Assembly (NCBI GenBank): GCA_026387835.1
Contig: JAPLKZ010000005.1
Coordinates: 180,001-212,000, forward strand
Reading direction: 5' to 3'
Source of the DNA: Candidatus Saganbacteria bacterium
Lineage (GTDB): Bacteria; Margulisbacteria; WOR-1; JAKLHX01
DNA: 32,000 nt
The position numbers were made by a program, and so were the translations under genes. How positions within the stretch are numbered: position 1 is the stretch's first letter; the number at the start of each line of letters is the position of its first letter. The notes beneath the pieces were generated by a model that had not been told where the DNA came from, made no database searches, and worked only from the letters and a program-made list of their open reading frames with translations. Below, piece after piece: positions 18,708 through 28,051 of this stretch.

Positions 18708-20045
18708 ATGAGCGAAGAAAGACTACCGCCGCAAAACCTTACTGCGGAACAGTCGGTCTTAGGTGCGATGCTGCTTGACAAGAATGCGATCATAAAAGCA
18801 TTTGAGATCCTGCAGCCCGACAGTTTTTACCGTGAAGGCCACAGGCTGGTCTGCGAGGCGATAATGTCGCTTTTCGACAGGGGCGAGCCGGCCGATATCG
18901 TCACCGTCACCAACGAGCTCAGAAAGAACGGTTCGCTTGAGGCAGCCGGCGGGAGCGTTTATATAAGCGACCTCCTGAACAGCGTCCCTACCGCGGCGAA
19001 CGTCGAATACTATGCCAGGATAGTCGATGAGAAAGCGATCCTGCGGCGCCTGATAGATTCCGGCACAAAGATAGTCTCAGACTGCTTTGACGGGCAGGTA
19101 GATGTCAACTCCGTGCTGGACAAGGCGGAAAAAACGGTCTTTGACATCGCGATGAAGAAGATCAAGCAGGGATTTTTCAAGGTCGACAAAGTCCTGAAAA
19201 ACGTGCTTGACCGGATAAACCTGCTGTATGAAAAAAAACTCCCTCTTACCGGTATTCCTTCGGGCTTTCCCGACCTCGACAAATTGACGGCCGGATTCCA
19301 AAGTTCGGAACTTATAGTCCTGGCCGCAAGGCCGTCCGTGGGAAAGACCGCTTTCGCGCTCAACATAGCTCAGAATATCGCTATAAGGCATAAGATCCCG
19401 GTCGCGATCTTCAGCCTGGAGATGTCAAAAGAACAGCTCGTCACAAGGCTTTTATGTTCCGAGGGGGAGATAGAGTCATCAAAACTGAAGACAGCCACCC
19501 TGTCAGACACCGGATGGAAAAGACTGACCAAGGCGATCGGAAGAGTATCCGAAGCGCCGATATTCATCGACGACTCGCCCCTTCTTTCGGCAATGGAGAT
19601 GAGGGCAAAAGCAAGAAGGCTGAAGATCGAGCACGGGATAGGACTTGTGATAGTCGATTTTCTCCAGCTGATGCAGACACGCGGCCGGTCGGATAACCGC
19701 GTGCAGGAGATATCCGAAGTGGCAAGGTCGCTGAAGACGCTTGCCAGGGAGCTTGATGTGCCTGTACTTGCGCTTTCCCAGCTTTCAAGGGCGATCGAAC
19801 AGCGCCAGGACAGGATGCCAAGGCTTTCCGACCTGAGAGAATCCGGCGAGATCGAGCAGGTGGCCGATATCGTGATGTTCATCCACAGGGAGGATTACTA
19901 CAACCCTTCTTCAGATAAAGGCAACATCGCTGAAATAATAATCGCCAAGCAGAGGAACGGTCCCACGGGCAGCATCGAGCTTGTTTTCCGCAAGGAGTTC
20001 ACTAAATTCGAGAGCAAAAGCCCTTATGAATCCACTCCGCAGTAA
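18708..20045 (+). CDS. dnaB: Replicative DNA helicase
   Basis: PPQNLTAEQSVLGAMLLD, VLAARPSVGKTAFALNIA, VIVDFLQLM, LSQLSRAIEQR, RLSDLRESGEIEQVADIVMFIHR. Confidence 0.96.
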   Translation: MSEERLPPQNLTAEQSVLGAMLLDKNAIIKAFEILQPDSFYREGHRLVCEAIMSLFDRGEPADIVTVTNELRKNGSLEAAGGSVYISDLLNSVPTAANVEYYARIVDEKAILRRLIDSGTKIVSDCFDGQVDVNSVLDKAEKTVFDIAMKKIKQGFFKVDKVLKNVLDRINLLYEKKLPLTGIPSGFPDLDKLTAGFQSSELIVLAARPSVGKTAFALNIAQNIAIRHKIPVAIFSLEMSKEQLVTRLLCSEGEIESSKLKTATLSDTGWKRLTKAIGRVSEAPIFIDDSPLLSAMEMRAKARRLKIEHGIGLVIVDFLQLMQTRGRSDNRVQEISEVARSLKTLARELDVPVLALSQLSRAIEQRQDRMPRLSDLRESGEIEQVADIVMFIHREDYYNPSSDKGNIAEIIIAKQRNGPTGSIELVFRKEFTKFESKSPYESTPQ

Positions 20046-21546
20046 CGGTCATGCCGTGCAGGCGCGGCCGTTCATTTTTTTCACTTTCTTTTTTCTGATA
20101 ATAATATCTTAGATCAAAGCTGACTCGATCTCTTATCAGAAGGAAAAAGGCATCATAGAGGCGAGAGGGAGTGTCGAGGCGGAATATAAGAATACGGTCA
20201 TAAAAGCTCCCCATATCATATATTATTCCGGACCGGCAAGACTGGCTGCGGATGACGGGTTTTCCCTGACAAGGCAGAATGTCTGTCTTAACGGCGGGAA
20301 GCTGGATTATTTTGTCAAAGACGAAAAGGGTACCGCAGAGAGCGTGTATATTTCCATGGGGCATACATGGATAAGCGGGGAGACCGTCAGCATCGACCCT
20401 CAGGAAATATACTTAAAAAATTCGAGCTTTTCTTCCTGCGACCTTCCCGTGCCTCACTATAAAATAACAGCGTCTTCGATGACCCTTTATCCAAAATCCG
20501 GCTGGATCGTTGAGAACATGGGCTTGATGTATATAAATAACATCCCTGTTTTTCCAGTGCCGACATACGTGTTCGACACAGGGTTGATAGGCGGGATCTA
20601 CGGAAAAAAGAATCCCGCGCCCCTGCCTGACATCGGCACGAACCCGACCGACGGCACTTATATTAACGAGGAGGTAGTCTGGCGGTTGTCCAGTTACAGT
20701 TATGGTCTCCTTTCCATACAATATGCGACTAATAAAGGCCTCGGCGGAGGTTTTGAGAGCAATTATGTACTGAACAACAACAATGAAGGCAGTGTCCGGA
20801 TCTATGACAACCACACAGACAAGTGGTACGGAGGTTTGACACATGCTTTTTATTTCGGCGACGATGTCCAGAGTGAAAAAACGAGGTCAATGCTATATCA
20901 GGTATTCCAGGTCCCTCCGCGAAAGAAATATGAACTGGACGTGTTGCTTTCCTACAGGGAAAGGACGAACTACGAAAGACTGACGATGCTCCCCATGATC
21001 ACGTTAAAATACGTGGACATTCCTTTCCCATTTATTAATTTCATGCCCAAGGCCGAGTTCTCCCTTGGTTCTGTTTCCGAAGAAAGTACCGGGATCGATG
21101 TCTTTCGTGCATACGCGGCTACATCGCTTGATTATATCCAGCCTCTTGGGGAGACGGCGGACCTGAAGCCGGGACTTGATCTCTCATATACAGGATATGA
21201 TTCTTCAGGCAGTTGGGCGAAGGTCCTCGGCAGGATAGATGTCGTAAAAAGGTTCTCGGACATTTTTGATGCGGGGGCGGGCTATTCGCATTTCTTTGTC
21301 AACACAGGAGGAAGCCCTTTCAGATGGGAGAACTACAGGTTCTTCCCGTACGATGATGTTCACGTGTCCGGAAATCTAAGGTTCGCAAAGATGTCTTTCG
21401 GGGTGAACGTTTCTTACAATACTCCGGTTTTTTCGGTCCGCGATATAGATTATAATGCGACTATAGGGCTCCACTGCTTTGATCTGAAAGCCCTGTGGAG
21501 GACAGCAAGAGGCGAGTTCTCCCTCGGGGTCGAGCTGTTAGACTAG
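20026..21546 (+). CDS. LptD/OstA-like outer-membrane LPS-assembly protein, interrupted in its signal peptide by an in-frame TAG (20110-20112)
   Basis: Frame-1 reading from ATG 20026: MNPLRSNGHAVQARPFIFFTFFFLIIIS*IKADSISYQKEKGIIEARGSVEAEYKNTVIKAPHIIYYSG..., followed by SCDLPVPHYKITASSMTLYPKSGWIVENMGLMYINNIPVFPVP. The track ORF 20344..21546 is only the part after the first GTG. Confidence 0.65.
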
Positions 21547-21554
21547 GAGGAAAA

Positions 21555-22205
21555 ATGAAAAAGGGATATCTGATCACGTTCGAAGGCACGGAAGGCTGCG
21601 GTAAAAGCACTCACGCGAAGATGCTGGAGAAATATCTGAAAAGTCTCGGGAAAAGGGCCGTCCTGTCCCTTGAACCGGGCGGGACAAAACTGGGACGAGA
21701 TATTAGAAAAGTCCTTCTTGGTTTTGAAGAGCCGCTGGCCCGGAACGCGGAACTGTTCCTGTTCGCCGCTGACAGGGCCCAGCATGTTTCTCAGGTGATA
21801 AAACCGGCGCTTGATGACGGTGCCATTGTGATATGCGACAGATTTATTGATTCGACGGTCGCTTACCAGATAGGCGGAAGAAAACTTCCCGAAGAACTTG
21901 TGCGGTATATAAACGCGGTCTCCAGCGGAGGCCTGATGCCGGACCTCACGTTCTTGCTTGATGTATCTCCGATGGTCGGGGTCCCTAGAGCGATAGCGGC
22001 ATCCGCCAGGGAAAAGGGGCCCGTGAAGAAGGTGGACAGGTTCGAAAAAGAGAAGATCGCTTTTCATAATGATGTCAGGAACATGTACCTTGAGATAGCA
22101 AGGAACGATCCGGAAAGGATCAAGGTCATAGATGCGGAAAAGCAGGATATCAGTAAAGTTCAGGAAGAGATAATGAAGATTGCAAAAGAGATATTAAATA
22201 TTTAA
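21555..22205 (+). CDS. tmk: Thymidylate kinase
   Basis: ATG at 21555 follows AGGAGG; KKGYLITFEGTEGCGKSTHAKML, SLEPGGTKLG, VICDRFIDSTVAYQ. The track start at 21495 is an upstream extension into the previous gene. Confidence 0.93.
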   Translation: MKKGYLITFEGTEGCGKSTHAKMLEKYLKSLGKRAVLSLEPGGTKLGRDIRKVLLGFEEPLARNAELFLFAADRAQHVSQVIKPALDDGAIVICDRFIDSTVAYQIGGRKLPEELVRYINAVSSGGLMPDLTFLLDVSPMVGVPRAIAASAREKGPVKKVDRFEKEKIAFHNDVRNMYLEIARNDPERIKVIDAEKQDISKVQEEIMKIAKEILNI

Positions 22206-22302
22206 TCACACTCACGGTACTGTTCAATTTTAATAGGCCATCCAATCCATCATCGTAATATTATTCAGCTTGAAAAGATGATAGGCTAATATATAACGGA
22301 TA

Positions 22303-22308
22303 TATAAT
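22303..22308 (+). promoter_or_regulatory. Candidate -10 (TATAAT) 6 nt before ATG of the surface-protein gene
   Basis: TATAAT-CTATAT-ATG. A second possible promoter, TTGAAA (22270-22275)-N16-TATAAC (22292-22297), lies just upstream. Confidence 0.45.
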
Positions 22309-22314
22309 CTATAT

Positions 22315-25071
22315 ATGAGAAATAAAGTGGGTAAAATAATAAAGAACAAAACAACCGTATTTCTTTTGTTTGTAATTCTATTGCTAATTTCAACCGTTTC
22401 GAACGCTGAGCTGCAAAACGGCATGAACGCGAATATTATTATAGGACAACCCGATTTCTCAACTTGGACAGCGGGAAATGGTTTGAACCAAATGAGCACC
22501 CCATATGATGTGTGTACAGACGGCAGGTCATTATATGTTGCCGATTGTGTCAATGCCCGCATACTTATATTCAATGCCATACCTACATCCAACAACGCGT
22601 ATGCGGATTTTCAACTTCACATTACAGTATATAATGGTGTCTGGTCGGACGGAACCCGCCTGATAACGGGAAGGTATTACTCACAAAGACTTGATATCTA
22701 TAACAGTATCCCGACACAAGAAGCGCAACCGCCGGATGTGCAGTTCTTACCACCCACTAACGCCGGCGCCAACTCAGCCACTCCCTACCACATGTACTTC
22801 GACGGAACGCACCTATATGTGCTTGATTTTAACGGAAGCCGGGTCCTCATCTGGAACTATTTACCCACAACAGGCCACACGGACTGTGATGTTGTAGTCG
22901 GGCAAACCAATTTCGCATCATTATCGTCAAATCAGGGAGGAGGGCCTGGCGCCAATACGCTCTCTTTAAGCACCGGGTCTCCTAGTGGTGTATGGTCTGA
23001 CGGCAGCAAACTTATAATTACCGACAGGGGCAATAACCGCGTCTTGATATGGAATTCTATACCTACAACTAATAATGCTTCTGCGGATGTTGTGATAGGC
23101 CAGACCAACTTTACCTCTAATTCGGCCAATCAGGGCAGAAGTGCCTGCGGGGCCGATACAATATCGGGCCCGAGGACCGTTTGTTCCGACGGTAAGAGGC
23201 TCTTCATCGCCGATATGAACAACTTCCGTATACTTGTCTATAACAATATTCCTACCGCAAACGGTGCTTCCGCGGATTATGTCATAGGTCAGCCCGATTT
23301 TACCTCCGGCAGTATCCGTGATTTGTCAAGGGATTCCTGCAGTTATGTCCGTGGTTTATCTACTGATGGGAAAAGGCTGTTCGCTGCTGCCAACGGAAAT
23401 TGTGTCCTCGTCTATAACATCACATACAAATCAGAGAATTTTACCGGAACACCCTCTTCAACTACACAGATCAATTACAGCTGGACAAACTCATGCGCTT
23501 TAAATGATGGGTTCAGAATATTGGACGGATCAGACCTTACCAAGGTGGAAGTTTCCGGAAATGCCAGAGCAACGACCGAGTCAGGATTACTGCCAAATAC
23601 GTTATATTCAAGAAAAATACAAACATATAATGTCGGAGATGCAGTAACTTCAGAAACTATAACTATATGTTCTCTTGCGGCGACACCCGAAATAAGCACA
23701 GCAACAGCCAGCTATGACTCGGTAAATGGCTATAACTGTGTGATAGCGGTTAATGCCAACGGTAATCCGGCTGGAACAAATTACGCGGTTTCAACGGATA
23801 ACGGGAGCAACTGGCTGCAGGCGGACGGGACAATATCAGCAACGGTATATTGGAGCACTTCAACAACAGGGTGGACCTATAAAAACTTATCGCCGGACAC
23901 AACATACAGTTTTAAGGTAAAGGCAAAGAACGCGAACGGGGTTGAGACCATATTATCAGCCGCAGCGAGCGCGGGACACCTGCCAACAGCCAAAGCCTTT
24001 AGCGGGATAACAACGACGGAGATAACAGCGAACTGGGGAGCGAATGGAAATCCGGCCACGACAGAATATTACTGCGAGAACACGACAAAAGGTACAAACA
24101 GCGGCTGGATAACATCGACGAGCTGGACATCAACAGGGCTTATAACTTCAACGCAATACTCTTTCAGGGTAAAAGCAAGAAGTGCTGACTGGCCCGAGAC
24201 AGGCTGGATATCTTTGGGGACGCAGTATACAGCGGGAAAGCTGGCGCCGGACCTGTTGAAGACGGCGAGTCTGGGTCTCATAGAAGGAGATATTATAAGC
24301 AAATTGGCGAAGATAACGATAATGATAAATAGCGGCTTGACCGTAGACACGGGCACGATAAGGTTCTACATAGACGGGATAGCGGTGACTGACGGGACTC
24401 TTTTATATTACGACAGTATCGCGCAGGAGAGCGGAGTTGCGACGATAGAGTACACGATAAAGAACCCCCTGGCGGTGGGAACGCACACAATAAAGGTATC
24501 GATCGTCACGGAGGACGGGACGCTGTACGAAAAGGAAGTAAGCAGCCTGAAAGTTATGAGCGACAGCGCGACGGTGGGAGCGTCGCTGGCATACCCGAAC
24601 CCTTATGATCCGCTGAAAGGGGAGATAAAGTTCGGATACAATCTTGCTCTTGACGCGGACGTGACGATATATGTATTTGACATAAACGGGAGGTTCATTT
24701 TCAAGCAGAGCTGCTTAAGCGGGCAAAGAGGCGGAACGGCAGGATACAACGAGACGACGTGGAACGGCATAAATGCATTCGGGTCGATGCTGGATAATGA
24801 TGTATATCTTGTGAGGATAGCCGAAACTAACACGGGGAACGTGATCGGCAAGCTGAAGATCCTGGTGCTTAAGGGCGGGATATCGTCCTCTAAAAAAGAG
24901 AGGAAGACAGCGGGGGTTCTGGGGCCGGGAGGAAAAGGGGACAATAAGCACGGGGATAACGGCGGGAGCAGCGGGATAACGGTAATTCTGTTATCGGTCC
25001 TGACAGGACTTGTGACGCTGGATGCGATGATGAGGTTTTACAGAGTGATAAAGAAGATAAAGAAAAGATAA
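22315..25071 (+). CDS. Large secreted/surface protein: signal peptide, NHL-like beta-propeller repeats, FN3-like domains, FlgD/T9SS-like Ig domain, C-terminal TM and basic tail
   Basis: Signal peptide NKTTVFLLFVILLLISTVSNA; repeats such as VVIGQTNFASLSSNQGG...VWSDGSKLIITDRGNNRVLIWNSIPTTNNASAD; FN3-like DTTYSFKVKAKNANG; YPNPYDPLKGEIKFGYNLALDADVTIYVFDINGRFI. Confidence 0.8.
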   Translation: MRNKVGKIIKNKTTVFLLFVILLLISTVSNAELQNGMNANIIIGQPDFSTWTAGNGLNQMSTPYDVCTDGRSLYVADCVNARILIFNAIPTSNNAYADFQLHITVYNGVWSDGTRLITGRYYSQRLDIYNSIPTQEAQPPDVQFLPPTNAGANSATPYHMYFDGTHLYVLDFNGSRVLIWNYLPTTGHTDCDVVVGQTNFASLSSNQGGGPGANTLSLSTGSPSGVWSDGSKLIITDRGNNRVLIWNSIPTTNNASADVVIGQTNFTSNSANQGRSACGADTISGPRTVCSDGKRLFIADMNNFRILVYNNIPTANGASADYVIGQPDFTSGSIRDLSRDSCSYVRGLSTDGKRLFAAANGNCVLVYNITYKSENFTGTPSSTTQINYSWTNSCALNDGFRILDGSDLTKVEVSGNARATTESGLLPNTLYSRKIQTYNVGDAVTSETITICSLAATPEISTATASYDSVNGYNCVIAVNANGNPAGTNYAVSTDNGSNWLQADGTISATVYWSTSTTGWTYKNLSPDTTYSFKVKAKNANGVETILSAAASAGHLPTAKAFSGITTTEITANWGANGNPATTEYYCENTTKGTNSGWITSTSWTSTGLITSTQYSFRVKARSADWPETGWISLGTQYTAGKLAPDLLKTASLGLIEGDIISKLAKITIMINSGLTVDTGTIRFYIDGIAVTDGTLLYYDSIAQESGVATIEYTIKNPLAVGTHTIKVSIVTEDGTLYEKEVSSLKVMSDSATVGASLAYPNPYDPLKGEIKFGYNLALDADVTIYVFDINGRFIFKQSCLSGQRGGTAGYNETTWNGINAFGSMLDNDVYLVRIAETNTGNVIGKLKILVLKGGISSSKKERKTAGVLGPGGKGDNKHGDNGGSSGITVILLSVLTGLVTLDAMMRFYRVIKKIKKR

Positions 25072-25128
25072 CAAAAGAAGTGTTCCTCTCGCTCATCCGC
25101 TTAATGGCAAGACTTTTCTTAATTATGT

Positions 25129-25134
25129 TAAAAT
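25129..25134 (+). promoter_or_regulatory. Candidate extended -10 of alaS (TGT-TAAAAT), 6 nt before ATG 25141
   Basis: TATGTTAAAAT-GTGTCT-ATG. Confidence 0.5.
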
Positions 25135-25140
25135 GTGTCT

Positions 25141-27645
25141 ATGAAATCAGCTGATATCCGCAGTAAATTCCTAAAATATTTCGAGGATAAAGGCCATTCA
25201 ATACTTCCGGGTTCTTCGCTTATCCCCAAGGACCCCACGGTCCTTCTGACGCTTGCCGGGATGCTGCAATTCAAGCCGGTATTTCTCGGGCTTGAAAGGC
25301 CGGCCGTTCCGAGGGCCGCGACGGTGCAGAAATGCGTGAGAACAAATGATATCGAAAATGTCGGCCACACAGCGCGCCACCACACTTTTTTTGAGATGCT
25401 CGGCAACTTTTCTTTCGGCGATTATTTTAAAGACGACGCGATCGCGTTCGCCTGGGAGTTGATAACAAAAGAGTTCAGTATCGATCCCAAAAGGCTTCAC
25501 ATTGCCGTGTTCGAGGATGATGATGAGTCCGTAAAGATATGGGAAAAGACCGCCGGACAGGCGGGAAAGCGGCTTGTCAGGCTGGGGGAGGACAATAATT
25601 TCTGGGCGGCCGGGCCGACAGGGCCCTGCGGGCCGTGCAGTGAAATATATTACGACCTGGGAGAAAAGTCCGGATGCGGGAAAAAAGAATGCGGTCCGGG
25701 CTGCGAATGCGGCAGGTTCCTCGAAATATGGAACCTGGTCTTCATGGAATTCAACAGGGATGAGAGCGGAAAGCTCACGCCTTTGCCTAAAAAGAACATC
25801 GACACAGGGATGGGCCTTGAAAGAATAACATCAGTGCTTCAGGGCGCCGGTTCAAATTTTGACACCGACCTGTTCATCCCGATCATTGAAAAGATAAAAG
25901 AATACCATGTAGATCCGCAGATCGTATCGCTCAGGATAATATCGGACCACGCGAGAGCAGCGGTATATCTGATAGGGGACGGGCTTCTTCCCGGGAACGA
26001 GGGGCGTAATTATGTGCTCAGAAGGATAATAAGAAGAGCGATATTGCACGGGAAAAAGCTCGGGATAAAAGAACAATTCCTTTATAAACTATCGGGCATC
26101 GTGACCGAGCTCGGAGGCGTTTTTTATAAGGACCTTGCGGAGAAGAGCGCTCAGATAGCGAAGGTCATTCAAACCGAGGAGGAAGGGTTCGGAAAGACGA
26201 TGGAGCAGGGCATCTCGCTTCTTGAAAATATCCTGTCGCGGTCTTCTTCGGGTGTCGTTGAAGGAAAAGATATATTCAAATTGTATGATACTTTCGGTTT
26301 CCCTTATGAACTGACAAAAGAAATAGCCGTTGAAAGGGGTTTCGGCCTCGATGCGAGCGGGTTCAGCATCGAGATGGAAAAGCAAAAAACGAGAAGCAGG
26401 GAGAGTTCTTCGAAAATATACGCGCTGGGACCGGTCCCGCAGGTCAAGGGTTATCCTGCTACCGAGTTTACCGGATATGATACTCTCGAGAGCGAAGCGA
26501 AGGTTCTCGGTGTCACCGGCGGATTTATCATCCTCGACAGGTCTCCGTTCTATGTGGAAAGCGGCGGACAGGACAGCGATAAAGGCTGGCTGATCATAGA
26601 AAGGAACAGGACCGAGGTCAAAAGGCTGGTCAAGACGGCGGAAGGGGTCATCCTTCATCAGGCCGGCGGTGACATCATCCCCCATACGGGCGAAAAGATA
26701 AAGTCCGAAGTGGACAAGGAGGTCAGGGCTTTGATCTCCGGGCATCATACATCGACGCATCTTCTCCACAGTGCTCTCAGAAAAGTTTTGGGAGAGAACG
26801 TAAAACAGAGCGGTTCATTTGTTACTTCCGGCAGGTTCAGGTTTGATTTTAACAGCGCTGAAGCGCTGAAGGATGAAGAGCTGAAGTCAGTGGAAGATTT
26901 TGTAAATAACGCGGTAAAAAGTTCTATCCCCGTGGAAACAGTTATCACGACCATAGAGGAGGCAAGAAAAAGCGGAGCTCTTGCTTTGTTCGAGGCAAAA
27001 TACGGGGAAAAAGTCAGGATGATAAAGATCGGTGATATCAGCAAAGAATTGTGCGGGGGGACGCACGTGAAGAACACTTCAGAGATCGGGCTTTTCAAGA
27101 TCGTAAAGGAAGGCGCGATAGCTCACGGGATGAGGCGCATAGAGGCGGTGTCAGGGGCCGCTGCTGAGCAGTATTTGAAGCAGAAAGAACAGGAAGATGC
27201 GAGAGCGAGCGGGCGGGATGCGGCAAGAGCAAAGGAAAAAGAAGACGAAGAGAAGCAAAAAAACAAAGCACTCTCGATGATCGATCCCATGATAAGCGGC
27301 GGCCAGGACATCAGAGGCATAAAATATGTCTATCAGGAATTTAAAGACTTTAAACCGTCCGCATTAAAGGACGCTGCTGCACTGGTTTCCAAAAGGCTCA
27401 AAAAATGCGTCTGCCTTATAGTCTCGGTATCCGCGGATAAAGTTTCTATCATAGTTTCCGTGTCAGCCGAGCTTCAAACGGCGGGTTTTCATGCCGGCAA
27501 TATCGTAAAACAACTTGCTTCTGTCGTGGGCGGCAGGGGCGGCGGCAAAGCCGATATAGCTGAGGCCGGCGGAAAAGAGGTCTCAAAGGCTCCCGAGATC
27601 AGGAACGTATTAAAAAGGATTATCGATGAGAATACTGGCGGTTGA
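25141..27645 (+). CDS. alaS: Alanine--tRNA ligase
   Basis: MKSADIRSKFLKYFEDKGH, GTGLE-like MGLERITSVLQG, GHHTSTHLLHSALR, CGGTHVKNTSEIG. The track uses GTG 25135; ATG 25141 fits family N-termini better. Confidence 0.96.
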   Translation: MKSADIRSKFLKYFEDKGHSILPGSSLIPKDPTVLLTLAGMLQFKPVFLGLERPAVPRAATVQKCVRTNDIENVGHTARHHTFFEMLGNFSFGDYFKDDAIAFAWELITKEFSIDPKRLHIAVFEDDDESVKIWEKTAGQAGKRLVRLGEDNNFWAAGPTGPCGPCSEIYYDLGEKSGCGKKECGPGCECGRFLEIWNLVFMEFNRDESGKLTPLPKKNIDTGMGLERITSVLQGAGSNFDTDLFIPIIEKIKEYHVDPQIVSLRIISDHARAAVYLIGDGLLPGNEGRNYVLRRIIRRAILHGKKLGIKEQFLYKLSGIVTELGGVFYKDLAEKSAQIAKVIQTEEEGFGKTMEQGISLLENILSRSSSGVVEGKDIFKLYDTFGFPYELTKEIAVERGFGLDASGFSIEMEKQKTRSRESSSKIYALGPVPQVKGYPATEFTGYDTLESEAKVLGVTGGFIILDRSPFYVESGGQDSDKGWLIIERNRTEVKRLVKTAEGVILHQAGGDIIPHTGEKIKSEVDKEVRALISGHHTSTHLLHSALRKVLGENVKQSGSFVTSGRFRFDFNSAEALKDEELKSVEDFVNNAVKSSIPVETVITTIEEARKSGALALFEAKYGEKVRMIKIGDISKELCGGTHVKNTSEIGLFKIVKEGAIAHGMRRIEAVSGAAAEQYLKQKEQEDARASGRDAARAKEKEDEEKQKNKALSMIDPMISGGQDIRGIKYVYQEFKDFKPSALKDAAALVSKRLKKCVCLIVSVSADKVSIIVSVSAELQTAGFHAGNIVKQLASVVGGRGGGKADIAEAGGKEVSKAPEIRNVLKRIIDENTGG

Positions 27646-28051
27646 TCACGGCACAAAAAGGATCGGCATCGCCTTGTCAGATCCTCTGGGCACGACGGCC
27701 CTGCCGGTGACTGTCATTGCCAATGACGCAAAATTGTTCGATAATATCAAAAAGCTGGCTGAGGATTATGAGGCCGGCGAAATAGTCGTCGGGCTGCCTA
27801 AAGCTCTTGACGGAAGCATGGGCCTCTCCGCGGAGAAAGTCATTGACTTTGTGAAGAAACTGAAAGGCAAGATAAGAATACCGGTCATGACTTATGACGA
27901 GCGGCTATCGACCGCGGCAGCGCAAAAGATGCTTATCGGGGCCGATATGCGGCGCTCGCAGAGAAAAATGGTCATAGATAAAATAGCGGCAGCCTATATG
28001 CTCCAAAGTTATATGGACTCGAAAAAACGGGAAAGAAAAACCGATGAATGA
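27626..28051 (+). CDS. ruvX: Putative pre-16S rRNA nuclease / Holliday junction resolvase-like YqgF (RuvX)
   Basis: MRILAVDHGTKRIGIALSDPLGTTA, EIVVGLPKALDGSMG, TYDERLSTAAA. Overlaps alaS by 20 bp. Confidence 0.92.
   Translation: MRILAVDHGTKRIGIALSDPLGTTALPVTVIANDAKLFDNIKKLAEDYEAGEIVVGLPKALDGSMGLSAEKVIDFVKKLKGKIRIPVMTYDERLSTAAAQKMLIGADMRRSQRKMVIDKIAAAYMLQSYMDSKKRERKTDE

Noticed and set aside
20051-20100. Frameshift in the T-rich runs as an explanation for the LptD-like disruption
   Set aside because: Frame 1 alone carries the hydrophobic signal segment and also the domain after the TAG, so a single stop codon explains the data better than an indel; frame 2 is closed by TGA TAA TAA.
21495-21554. 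Upstream extension of tmk in the ORF track
   Set aside because: These codons overlap the end of the LptD-like gene; ATG 21555 has an AGGAGG SD and matches the family N-terminus.
21543-22067. 174-aa minus-strand ORF antisense to tmk
   Set aside because: Shadow of the conserved thymidylate kinase frame.
24603-24944. Minus-strand ORFs antisense to the surface-protein 3' half
   Set aside because: Their openness follows from the purine-rich, stop-poor composition of the sense strand; serine/proline-rich artefacts.
26089-26769. 226-aa minus-strand ORF antisense to alaS
   Set aside because: Entirely within conserved AlaRS coding sequence, with no independent evidence.
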